Shown here one piece after another: positions 12,732 through 24,227 of a stretch of DNA of 64,000 bases. The stretch's first letter is position 1, and each line of letters starts with the position of its first letter. The notes beneath the pieces are model-generated. The model did not search any database and was not told the origin of the DNA. It saw only the letters and a program-made list of their open reading frames with translations. This DNA comes from Azolla caroliniana. Taxonomy: Eukaryota > Plantae > Polypodiophyta. Made by a program: the position numbers and the translations under genes. The stretch covers positions 16,554,001 through 16,618,000 of the forward strand of contig JBHGNT010000008.1 of assembly GCA_043228905.1 (NCBI GenBank). Reading direction: 5' to 3'.

Positions 12732-13782
12732 TGTCGCAAAAATACGACAAGGACACGTGAACTTGAGGCAGGGCCCCGGGGCCTACTACTAGTGGATATC
12801 AAATTCGTGTGTTTTTGTATTATGAATTAATTGATATGACAAAGTTTGATCATTTTTATTAGTCAAGAAAGAGAAAAATTACAATATGTCTGAAGATTGG
12901 GATTCAGAAGTTTTAGGTTTACTAAGATTAATAGAAAAGAAAAAATAGGGGTTTTGAGAGATATGACTTCCGTAGGGAAATTTAGGGTTTTTGAGTCTTA
13001 TGGCTTCTGTAGCGAAACTTAGCGTTTTTGAGCCTTATGGCTTCATAAGATAAGGGAGAGAAGGAACAAAAAAAAATGAAGAGCGCTCGAGTGTTGTAAA
13101 AAAAATGGAAATTTATATGGGTTTCTTTGTTGATCCCTCCTTTCATGTTCCTTTCCCTCCCCCACTTTTAGTTGCATGGCTTTTAGTTGGATGGACTCCA
13201 TTTTTAGTTGCTTGGCCTCCTTTTTTAGTTGCTTCGCCTTTACTTTTAGTTTCATGCGACCGTTTTGTATAATTTCGCCACATGATCCACAATCATCCAT
13301 AAAGTTCAGCCACTGCGTAATCCGTACGTGCGTCACAACCAAACCATAGACGCGTCCGCGTGCGCGCATCTTGACCGCCCCATGTACGCGTCCACGCGCT
13401 CGTCGACACAAACACGCGCGTCTCGATCGGGCCGTATGTCGTGACCCAAAATCGTTTGAGCCATTTATCCACACAATTTAGCCCAAGTCACCTTGAACAT
13501 TCTGTGCTTCACACATAGACATAAAGTAATAGGTTATGGCTCTCCTTATATAATATGGGATCCAATGTTGTCCTATCTATGTGGGATATCTCACAGTTTT
13601 GCTTTTCCCAATCTTCTCAAACTTCACTCTCACATAACTTGATACTTATTTATCTATTTCATGCGTAGAAAAATGCATTATGAAGCTCTTGAAGATATCT
13701 ATCTTCCTATATCAATCCATTAAGCTAATCTTAAATACTTATTTTACTAGTTTTCATATCGTGTGTGAAAAACCATACGAGA
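12732..13782 (-). repeat. 5' LTR of element A
   Basis: tgtcgcaaaaatacg...aaaaccatacgaga; preceded by the PBS remnant. Confidence 0.9.
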
Positions 13783-14228
13783 ACGCAAGTTCCTTGCGCA
13801 TAGAACATATACCTCTTGACGTATCCTCACGTGGAGAATTCAAGCCCCTCCCACGCCATCCTCAAAAGCCCAATCTCCCCAATCCCTAGCTCCTATTATT
13901 TCGATTGTAGTTCTTTGTTGTTCTCCCCTTATGATCTTGAATGTCATGGGAACAAAACATATGCTACCTTGCATTTTATCCGCCCTCAAGGGTGAACCTA
14001 TATTCACTAATACACGACTTTCTACAAATCTCTACAATTTAATCTCACATGACTTTGTAAATATTTTCCCTGGGTCTAGGTCTAATCTATGGATGGACTC
14101 TTACTATCTAATCCATTGGAATCATTGCTTTTTAGGCATCCTAGATTAGAAATTTTGAGTTTCTCTCAGTTATTTTTCATCACAATTTTAGATAAAATAG
14201 GTATTTCTCTAAGTAGAGCTACATATCA

Positions 14229-14315
14229 CGGGTGATGGCATAGTTCTCTAGTGCGTAAGTCTCATAAGTCTTGAGATATATTCAGAGGTCGAGAAATGAA
14301 GGCTCTGTCACCCCA
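14229..14315 (+). pseudogene. tRNA-Met(CAT) pseudogene
   Basis: cgggtgatggcatagttctctagtgcgtaagtctcata...tcacccca; D loop and B box mutated. Confidence 0.75.
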
Positions 14316-14683
14316 TCCACGTAACCATGATCTCTTCAATCATTAATTCATATCATGTCGATTGTTGATGATCCCTAATTTTCTTCAATGTCATGGGAAC
14401 ACACCACATGCTACATGGCATTTTATCCACCTTATCAGTATATCCACATGCTATATTCAGTAATACACCACTTTATGCAAATCACTCCCAATTTAAATTC
14501 GCATAATCTTGTGAATATTCTCTATGGGTTTAGAACTAAAATTTGGATGGACTCTTACTACTTAATACATAGGTATCATTGCTTTGTAGGCATGCTAGCT
14601 TTGAAATTTTGAGCCTCTCTCAGGTGTCTTTCATCACAATCTCAGATAAAATAGGTCTTTCTCCGATGTAAAGCTACATATTA

Positions 14684-14768
14684 GGGGTGGTGGCGTAGTT
14701 GGCTAGCATGTAGGTCTCATAGTTCATGACATATCCTCAAGTGGAGACTTAAAGCCTCTCTCACCCCA
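14684..14768 (+). pseudogene. tRNA-Met(CAT) pseudogene, intermediate between A and B types
   Basis: 5' end ggggtggtgg as in the canonical plant gene; 3' half tcctcaagtggagacttaaagcc resembles the B subunit. Confidence 0.75.
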
Positions 14769-15628
14769 TCCACGACATCTTGGTCTCTAGAATCATTAAT
14801 TCCTTTCATGTTGAGTTGTGTTCTTCTCTAATTTTCTCTGATTTCCTTTCATGTTGAGTACTGTTCTTCTCTAATTTATTTCAATGTCATGGGAACACAA
14901 CACATGCTACATGGCTTTTTATCCACCCTATCAGTATATCTATATTCAGTACCGCAACTACTTTTGCAAACCATTCCGAATTTCAGCTCGCATGACTATG
15001 TGAATATTCTCGGTCGCAATATGCCTATCCTGAGGGTAGTCTCTTAATTAAGTCATCTATACCTATCATTCGTGTAAAGGTATCGTAAATTTGAAATTTA
15101 GTGATGGCCTCACCTATTATCTATTATCATGGGTATAAGGTAAAATTAGGATGTTCCTAGATCTACGCATTAGAGTTGATGATGCAGGTTCCTTGCACAT
15201 AGATTTGATAGCTCTTGACGTATCCTCACGTGGAGAATTAAAGCCCCTCTCACGCCATCCTCGTAATCCCTATCTCACCAATCCTTACCTCTTATCATGT
15301 CGATTATCGTGGTTTTGTGTTCTCCGCTTATGATCTTACATGTCATGGGAACACAACACATGCTACATGGCATTTTACCCACCCTCAAGTGTTGACCTAT
15401 ATTCAGTAATAGAGCAGTTTCTGCAAATCACTCCCAATTTAGATTCACATGACCAAGTGAATATTCTCTCTCGATCTCGGTCTAAGATGTGGATGGACTC
15501 TTACTATCTAATCCAGAGGTATCACTGCGTTTTAGGCATCCTAGGTTAGAAATTTTGATATTCCCTCGGGTATCTTTCATCTCTATCTCGGGTAAACTAG
15601 GTTTTTCTCCATGTAGAGCTACATATCA

Positions 15629-15713
15629 GGGGTGATGGCACAGTTGGCTACTGCGTAGGTCTCATAGCTCTTGAGATATCCTGAGGTCGAGAGTTCAAGC
15701 ATTTCTCATCCCA
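15629..15713 (+). pseudogene. tRNA-Met(CAT) pseudogene
   Basis: Intron and anticodon retained; mismatches in D, T and acceptor stems. Confidence 0.8.
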
Positions 15714-15809
15714 TCCATGACATCATGGTCTCTGCAATCATTAATTCCTATCATGTGAATTTCTGTTCTTCTCTAATTTTCTTCAATGTCATGGGAACAT
15801 AACACATAC

Positions 15810-16987
15810 GAACTAATCCTATCGGTATTCGCATGGTAGTGATGTCTCGGTTCTCCACGGCTAGTTGGAATTGGTCATAACCGGAGTATAGGTCTCTGAT
15901 GGAGTATATCACACATCCGGCAAATGCTTCTGCAAATTCGTCCACTATCGGATCGACGCGAAAGTTCCAAATCGTGACCTTGTTCACTAGTTGCAAGTCT
16001 TGAATAAACCAGAGTGACCCATTCTTCTTCGGAACCGTAAAGCATTGATTTGAGTACGGAGCGTTTGATGGCTCTAGAATCCCCATCGCCACCTTCTCCT
16101 TGAGCAAGTCGATGATTTTTGGAATATGCACCCGTGGCACCGGAATCGGCTTCAGGTTCCACGGCACATGATCAATCGTGAAGATCACCATTGGATCCAC
16201 TATCTTCGGAATAACCTACCCTATCTCCTTCGATGTGAATGCAAATGCTTTTCCATGTTGTTCCAACATCTCACGAAACTGTTCTTCTTCTTTTTGTAAG
16301 AGGAAACCACCTCCACCAATCCGATGTTTTTTCCGGGTCTCATCCATGAAGGCATGTCTGATATCCACGGACTTTCAAAGTGTCATATCGGCGGGTAGCA
16401 GTCCCGCGGCCGGTTTCACGTTCTTCTCCACGGTCTTGTATTTCATACTTACCATTGCTTCTTCTTTGAGGAGCGCATCCGGCCCCATTTTCGCAATGGT
16501 CTCATACATCTCGACCGATTCCACTGGAACTACCCCGTCTCCCTGGCTATTTTCTTTCGTAAGCTCTTCAATCCCTTGTAGCTTGCTCCCATAAAACACT
16601 TCTTCGACTACTCCCACGATTTCTTCATCTTCTTTTATTATCGATGCCGACCGTAACTTATCCTCTACTTTTCGAGATTCTTTCTTCATTCCTCCAGTTA
16701 TGGGCGTGTACGTAGATGCCCCATCAGGACCAATTCGTACTTGTTTTGCTCCGAGATTTTTCTTCCTCTGTGGGGTATTAGGGCTTCCTGGACTATCACT
16801 TCCCCACTCCGCACCGGTCCACTCTAAAAATCCATCTTTGTTTGGGACAAGAGCTCCCTCTTGTTTGGGACAGTTAGAAATTGGACGGATTTCCCTCCGC
16901 TTTGACTCCGAATTTGTGCAAAAGCCGCACCGCTATCGAGCACCTCCGTCTCCATCCATGATGTTGTGATAAAGGGTTGCCCGAGGA
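15810..16987 (-). mobile_element. Element C, fragment 1: B-family Gypsy PR/RT fragment
   Basis: ORF 15751-16200 (PWNLKPIPVPR...LYSGYDQFQL) is closely similar to RT of B. Confidence 0.9.
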
Positions 16988-17714
16988 ACATAACACATAC
17001 TCATGGCATTTTATCCACCCTGTGAGTCAATCTATATTCAGTACCACAGCTGATTTTGCAAACCAGTCCGAATTTAAGCTTGCATGACTATGTGAATATT
17101 CTCGGTCGCAATATTCGTACCATAAGGGTGGTATCTTACTTAAGTAATCTATACTTATCACTGGTGTAACATCGTCATAAATTTGAAATTTAGTGATGGT
17201 CTCACCGATTTTCTATTATCACAGGTATAAGGTAAAATTAGGATGTTCCTCAATATACGCATTAGTGTTGATGACGCAAGTTCCTTGAGCATAGATCTGA
17301 TAGCTCTTGACGTATCCTCACACGGAGAATTAAAGCCCCTCGCACACCATCCTCGTAATCCCAATCTCCACAATTCGTAACTCTTATCATGTTGATTGTC
17401 ATTGTTTTGTGTTCTCCGCCTATGATCTTCCATGTCATGGGAACACAACACATGCTAAATACCATTTTATCCACCCTCAAGTGTCGACCTATATTCACTA
17501 ATACACCACTTTCTGCAAATCACTCCCAATTTAAATTTGCATGACCCTATGAATAATCTCCCTCAGTCTCAGCCTAATATGTGGATGGACTCTTACTATC
17601 TATTCCATACGTATTATTGCTTTTTAGGCATCCTAGGTTAGAAATTTTGAGCTTCCCTTAGACATCTTTCATCACTATCTGTGGTAAAATTGGTGTTTCT
17701 CCGTGTACAACTAC
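16985..17714 (+). repeat. tRNA-Met array, segment 2, sitting inside element C
   Basis: Array consensus with a B head at 17265; stops just before the next A head. Confidence 0.9.
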
Positions 17715-20700
17715 GAATTTGTGCAAAAGCCGCACCGCTATCGAGCACCTCCGTCTCCATCCATGATGTTTTGATAAAAGGTTGCCCGAGGATCATGGAG
17801 TGTGAGACCTCATTTGAATAAAGAAATTTTGGGTTATCTCCAAATCTCCGATCTTCACCGTGACATCCGGACAAGGCGCAAATAGGTCTTCTATTGCTTT
17901 AGTGGTTGCCCGAATCTTCCATCCATGATTAGTATTAATAGGCGACTTCCCCTTCTAGTAGAACTCCTTGGACATCAAGTTGATCTCCGATCCGTGATCA
18001 ATCAATGCTAGCACGGGCTCTTTGATGTTGCCGATTCGGACCGGAGTCTCCGTAGTTGCACGTGCCCAATGTGGCCTTGTGTAGTGGGAGTTCAGAATTC
18101 CGTCCTCCAATTTGGTGTCATTCATTAAAACGGTATTTGCATTCACCCTTGGAGCATTTTCCTCCGTACTTTGTCTTTTTCTCTTTACGAGATCCACAAG
18201 AAGATCGTGGAACTCCTTCTTCGCTATTCCAAGTAATTCCCGAAGCGAAAATTCTACCCGGTTATCGAGGATTCTCTCCTTGAACACCTTTTTCAAGTCC
18301 GTTTGTTGTTCGATGTCCGAGGTGAGCTTGAATGCCGAAATCATCTTTTCTTTTCCCTTCCCTCCGGAGTTCCAGCTTTCCGGTGTCTTTGATTGTCCGG
18401 TTGCATGCGCCGTCGTTTCTCGTCTATATACACTTCATGCAATTGACATAAGGTGTACACGCTATTCTTATCGACGGGGCACTCCCATCCCGTAGCTTCA
18501 CGGATATTTTCCGTGGTGCTTTGGATCTCATTGGAGTTGGTTTTCTTGGGGTTTTCCGGCCAAAAAGACACCTTTGCTCCTGATGACTCACCCACACTTA
18601 TTCCCGCGGTTGTCGCATAATTACCTTTTGCTGATATTTCCTCCTCTAGGACCTTCATGCCGCCTTTCAGGAAGTTCAATCGGAGTTGCTTCTGAGAGTC
18701 CATTGAATGAATCTGATTTCCCTTGTAGTAGATAAGAGCTCGTCGTAATGCCTCCTTGTGCTCGTCGCAATCCCTTCGATCATGTTCGGTGCTATCACAC
18801 CATATACACCATATACTTGGGACTTGTGGAACGGTCATTCGACTTCTTCACCATCACGATTTTTAGATTCTCCATCTCCTTCAGCAACTGCTCCACCGTG
18901 GTTGCGTCGATTCCCTTCTCGATCGTAGTCTCCCGAGCCTGCGATTGCTGGTCTTCCAATCCGGATCTCGGTTTCGGAATCAGTTCCGAAACCCTCTTTT
19001 CTTTGTTAGCAAGCTATTACCCCCTCGTTGTGTATTGTGCGATGATATCTCGCACATTATCCCATGTATCGGTGAGGCCACTCTCGGTGGTCGTGTCCTC
19101 CAAAAGCACTTCAAGGTCTTTCCAGTCAGGGACGTCCACGGCTCGTAGGAACATGATCACTTTGTCCGGTGCGAGGATAGCTTGATCTCTCGCGGACAAC
19201 CTCCCGAACCGAATTTCGAATGCCGAAAACACATCGAGGACCATCGAATCTTCGGCATTTCCACCCAATCTTCGAGCCCTCTCCTCGTTGCCTTGGAGGA
19301 GTCCTCGATGGCGAACGTGTTCTTTAGGGCCTCTTCAAATGGTTCCCATGTCGGATTTTGTTGTCGTATTACATGGATACTCCCTTGAAGACTGTCGGTC
19401 GCCACCCAGTTAAAGGATGTCACTTGTAATCCTTCCAAAATTCCACATCGTAGCATTTCCGCCTTGTAATCTCGCAAATACCGCAACACATCTTTCCCAT
19501 TGAATTGCCCGTTCTGTTGCACGAGCCGCTCTTCTACCGCCTCAATCTCCAACATTGCGCTGTCGTAGTGTATTCCACACACTACGTGAAAACCATAAAA
19601 TAATATGTCCGATTTTAGATACATATAAATAAATAAATAATATATCAAAAGAATTTATCACGTGCATAGGGCAAGATTCGAACCATGCACCTCCACGTAG
19701 ATAAACCCCAACTTTACCATTGTAATAACTTATCTTTAGTGTTATAAATATAGATTTAATACGTATAAGACCTTTATTTTCACATACCTTTATTAAAAGG
19801 TAAAAATCATGTATTCTTTAGAGTGTGAATATTTTATTTACACGTGACATTAAAAGTGACTCATGCACATCTAGCATGCATGAGCCCTATATTTAGGAAA
19901 TGACAAAGCATCACATGCACATTTAGTGTGCATGGACACTTTAGGTGAAAAAGCATGAAGCCATGCTTAACCTCTTCCATCTTTATATAAGGAGGAGAGA
20001 AATATGTATAAGGTTGTTGATTAATATACAAGGTTGGATCAATCTAATATATTCGTGGGATTCACGAATTTTGCCATCTAATTGCTCTAATAATCTAAAT
20101 ATTGTTTTAATTACACTAAACTCGTGGGATTCACGAGATTGCTATCTTACTTCTCTTTCCACTATTCATAACTAGCCTTAAGTTGTATTCCTCTTCCTCC
20201 TAGTCTAAAACCTTGGCGGTTCCCACCCGACTCACGCAACGATCTGGAGCCGATGGGCACGACAGCCGCTCGAACATCACCATCATGTTGTTAGCCTCTG
20301 GTTGAATTTCCATCTCCTTGCCACCCGGTTTCACGTCGGGTTCACCACTTGTGTCGCGCCTTTCGGCTCCGGATCGTTGCGTGAGTTGGGTGGGAACCAT
20401 TGAGGTTTTTGACTAGGAGAAAGAAGAATATGGGATAAGGCTAGTAATGAATAGGTAAAAAGAGAGGTAACTTATGAATCTCGTGAATCCCACAAGTTTA
20501 GTGTGTTTAATCAATATTTAGATAGTAAGAGACAATATAGATGACAAATTCGTGAATCCCACGAATATATTATATTGGTCAATCCTTACAAAATAATCAA
20601 CAACCATATACATCTTTCTCTCCTCCTTATATAAGGATGGGAGAGACTAAGCATAACTTCCTACTTTTTCTAAAGTGCGTGACATGCTTTTTCTACTATG

Positions 20701-21054
20701 CTTTTATTCCTAAATATAGTGCCAATGCACTCTAGATGTGCACAACTATTTTTTTATTGGTTTATATTTCTCTTGTAAATAAAGTATTCACGCCCTCTAA
20801 AAATGCATGATTTACCTTTTAATAAAGGTAGGCATAAATAAAAGTCTTATAGCTATTAAATGTATATTTATAATAGTTATGACAAGTTAATACAATGGTA
20901 AAGTTTTGGTTTATTTACATAGACGTATAGGGTTCGAATCTTACACTCTACATGTAATAAATATTTTAATATTTACTTTTATTTATATATATGTACTTAA
21001 ATCGAATATATTATTTTTACATTTTTCACATAGTGTGCGGACTACACTACAACA
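17715..21054 (-). mobile_element. Element C, fragment 2: truncated B-family Gypsy (PR, gag, PBS, 5' LTR at 20352-21054)
   Basis: gag and PR ORFs similar to B; tRNA-Trp PBS; LTR tgtcgcg...tacaaca followed by acgc inside a B-subunit tRNA copy. Confidence 0.9.
19561..20264 (+). mobile_element. Solo LTR of the B family, inserted antisense into gag of element C
   Basis: tgtcgtagtg...gcacgaca; TSD gcgc/gcgc intact in the duplicate (48151-48154 and 48859-48862). Confidence 0.9.
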
Positions 21055-21454
21055 ACGCGGAGAATTAAAGCCCCTCTCACGCCATCGTCGTAATCCCAAT
21101 CTCCCCACGCCTTAGCTCTTATAATGTCGATTGTCGTTGTTTTGTGTTCTCCGCTTGTGATCTTCCATATCATGGGAACACAACACATTCTAAATGGCAT
21201 TTTATCTGCCCTCGAGTGTCGACCTATATTCACTAATACACCACTTTCTACAAAACACTCCCAATTGAAATTGGCATGACCCTGTGAATATTCTCCATCG
21301 GTCTCGGTCTACTATGTCGATGGACTCTTACTATCTAATCCAAGGTATCATTTCTTTTTAGGCATCCAAGGTTAGAAATTTTAACCTTCCCTCACGTATC
21401 TTTCATCACTATCTATGGTAAAATAGGTGTTTCTCCGTGTAGAGTTACATATAA

Positions 21455-21539
21455 GGGGTGATGGCGCAGTTGGCTAGCGCGTAGGTCTCATAGCTCTTGA
21501 GATATCCTGAGGTCGAGAGTTCAAGCCTCTCTCACCCCA
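21455..21539 (+). tRNA. Elongator tRNA-Met(CAT) gene with 11-nt intron, structurally intact
   Basis: GGGGTGATGGCGCAGTTGGCTAGCGCGTAGGTCTCATA-gctcttgagat-ATCCTGAGGTCGAGAGTTCAAGCCTCTCTCACCCCA. Acceptor GGGGTGA/TCACCCC, D stem GCGC/GCGC, T stem GAGAG/CTCTC, A and B boxes present. Matches the recalled plant tRNA-Met(e) except G7A and a G-to-A change in the T loop. Confidence 0.9.
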
Positions 21540-22354
21540 TCCACGACATCATGGCCTCTGCAATTATTAATTCCTATCATGTAAATTTGTGTTCTTCTCT
21601 AATTTTCTTCAATGTCATGGGAACATAACACATACTCATGGCATTTTATCCTCTCTGTGAGTCAATCTATATTCAGTACCACAACTGCCTTTGGAAACCA
21701 TTCCGAATTTCAGCTCGCATGACTATGTGAATATTCTCAATCGCAATATGCCTATCATGAGGGTGGTCTCTTACTTAAGTAATCTATACTTATCATTGGT
21801 GTAAAGTCATCATAAATTTGAAATTGAGTGATGGTCTCACCTATTTTCTATTATCACAGGTATAAGGTAAAATTAAGATGTTGCTAGATATACGCATTAG
21901 AGTTGATCATGCAAGTTCCTTGCGCATAGATCTGATAGCTCTTGACGTATCCTCACGTGGAGATTAAAAGCCCCTCTCACGCCATCATCCTAATACCAAT
22001 CTCCCCAATCCTTAGCTCTTATCATGTCGATTGTCGTTGCTTTGTATTATCCACTTATGATCTTCCATGACATTGGAACACAACACTTGCTAAATAAAAT
22101 TTTATCCACACTCAAGTGTCGACCTATATTCACTAATACACAACTTTCTGCAAATCACTCCCAATTTAAATTCGCATGGCCTAGTGAATATTCCCCTCGG
22201 TCTCGGTCTAATATATGGATGGACTCTTACTATCTAATCCATAGGTATCATTGCTTTTCAGGAATCCTAGGTTAGAAAGTTTGAGCTTCCCTCTGGCATC
22301 TTTTATTACTATCTATGGTAAAATTGATCTTTCTTTGTGTAGAGTTACATATGA

Positions 22355-22439
22355 GGGGTGATGGTGCAGTTGGCTATCGCGTAGGTCTCATAGCTCTTGA
22401 GATATCCTGAGGTCGAGAGTTCAAGCCTCTCTCACCCCA
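22355..22439 (+). pseudogene. tRNA-Met(CAT) copy with D-stem mismatches
   Basis: D stem gtgc...tcgc; the rest matches 21455. Confidence 0.8.
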
Positions 22440-23240
22440 TCCATGACAACATAGTCTCTACAATCATTAACTCCTATCCTATAGATTTGTGTTCTTCTCT
22501 CATTTACTTCAATGTCATGGGAACATAACACATGCTGATGGCATTTTATCCACCGTGGGAGTCAATCTATATTCAGTATCACAACTAATTTTGCAAACCA
22601 TTCCGAATTTAAGCTCGCATGACTATGTGAATATTCTTGGTTGCAATATGCTTACCATGAGGGCGGTCTCTTACTTAAGTAATCTATACTTATCATTGGT
22701 GTAAAGTCATCATAAATTTGAAATTTAGTGATGGTCCCACCTATTTTCTGTTATCACGGGTATAAGGTAAAATTAAGATGTTCCTAGATATACGCATTAG
22801 CATTGATGACATAGATGTGAGAGCGCTTGATGTAGACTCACGTGGAGATTTAAAGCCCCTCTCACGCCGTCATTGTAATCCTAATCTCCTCAATCCTTAG
22901 CTCTTATCATGTCGATTGTCGTTGTTTTGTGTTCTCCACTTATGATCTTTCATGTCTTGGGAAAACAACACATGCTAAATGGCATTTTATCCACACTCAA
23001 GTGTCGACCTATATTCACTAATACACCACTTTCTACAAATCAGTCCCAATTCAATTTCGCATGACCATGTGAATATTCTCACTCGGTCTCGGTCTAATAT
23101 GTGGATGGACTCTTACTATCTAATCTATAGGTATCATTGCTTTTTCGGAATCCAAGGTTAGAAAGTTTGAGCTTCCCTCATGCATCTTTTATTATTATCT
23201 ATGGTAAAATAGGTGTTTCTTTGTGAAGAGCTACATATGA

Positions 23241-23325
23241 GGGGTGATGGCACAGTTGGCTAGCCCGTAGGTCTCATAGCTCTTGAGATATCCTGAGGTC
23301 GAGAGTTCAAGCCTCTCTCACCCCA
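23241..23325 (+). pseudogene. tRNA-Met(CAT) copy with D-stem mismatches
   Basis: D stem gcac...gccc; the rest matches 21455. Confidence 0.8.
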
Positions 23326-23686
23326 TCCACGACATCATGGTCTCTGCAATCATTAATTCCTATCATGTCAATTTCTGTTCTTCTCTAAGTTTCTTCAATG
23401 TCATCGGAACATAACACATAATGATGACATTTTATCCTCTCTATGAGTCAATCTATATTCAGTACCACAACTGCCTTTGGAAACCATTCCGAGTTTAAGC
23501 TCGCATGACTATGTTAATATTCTCGGTTGCAATATGGCTACCATGAGGGGTGGTCTCTTACTTAAGTAATCTATACTTATCATTGGTGTAAAGTCATCAT
23601 AAATTTGAAATTTAGTGAGGGTCTCACCTATTTTCTATTATCATAGGTATAAGGTAAAATTAGGACGTTCCTACATATACGCATTA

Positions 23687-23771
23687 GAGTTTATGACGCA
23701 GGTTCCTTGCGCATAGATCTGATAGCTCTTGACGTATCCTCACGCGGAGAATTAAAGCCCCTCTCACGCCG
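23687..23771 (+). pseudogene. Representative B-type degenerate tRNA-Met copy (others at 15173, 17265, 21900, 22800, 44067, 44957, 45859, 50501, 51910, 52810)
   Basis: gagtt(g)atgacgcaggttccttgcgcatagatctgatagctcttgacgtatcctcacgcggagaattaaagcccctctcacgcc aligns without gaps to the 85-nt A copy; anticodon position reads GAT; acceptor stem, A-box GG and B box are lost. Confidence 0.8.
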
Positions 23772-24142
23772 TCCTCGTAATCCCAATCTTCGCAATCCTT
23801 AGCCCTTATAATGTCGATTGTCGTTGTTTTGTGTTCTCCGCTTATGATCTTCCATGTCATTGGTACACAACACATGCTAACTGGCATTTTATCCAACCTC
23901 AAGTGTCGACCTATATTCACGAATACACCACTTTCTGGAAATCACTCACAATTCAAATTCGTATGACCCTGTGAATAATCTCCCTCAATGTTGGTCTAAT
24001 ATGTGGATGGAGGGTTACTATCTAATCCATAGGTATCATTGCTTTTTAGGCATGCTAGGTTAGAAATTTTGAGCTTCCCTCAGGCATCTTTCATCACTGT
24101 CTATGGTAAAATTGATATTTCTCCGTTTTGAGCTACATATAA

Positions 24143-24227
24143 GGGGTGATGGTGCAGTTGGCTAGCACGTAGGTCTCATAGCTCTTGAGATATCCTGAGG
24201 TCGAGAGTTCAAGCCTCTCTCACCCCA
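24143..24227 (+). tRNA. tRNA-Met(CAT) gene with intron; D stem carries a compensatory T11:A24 pair
   Basis: GTGC agttggcta GCAC still pairs fully; other stems intact. Confidence 0.75.

Larger units (their letters stand above)
2585..13782 (-). mobile_element. Element A: non-autonomous (gag-only) Gypsy-type LTR element with element B nested inside
   Basis: Paired ~1.05-kb LTRs at 2585-3645 and 12732-13782; PPT (ttcacccccacc) at 3646; tRNA-Trp PBS remnant acgtcgggttcacca at 12713-12727; flanks acgt/acgc; internal region ~1.8 kb with no pol. Confidence 0.85.
13783..15809 (+). repeat. tRNA-Met tandem array, segment 1 (most diverged, irregular subunit order)
   Basis: Repeating ~450-bp subunits with tRNA-like heads at 13783 (B, partial), 14229, 14684, 15173 (B) and 15629. 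Confidence 0.9.
16985..21624 (+). repeat. 4.6-kb segmental duplication, copy 1 (copy 2 at ~45579-50237)
   Basis: Near-identical ORF pairs at offset 28594 (17158/45752, 17955/46549, 19945/48539), then 28613 after a 19-bp indel (20906/49519). Confidence 0.95.

Noticed and set aside
23687-23771. B copies as functional tRNA-Ile(GAT)
   Set aside because: The acceptor, D and T stems and both promoter boxes are broken.
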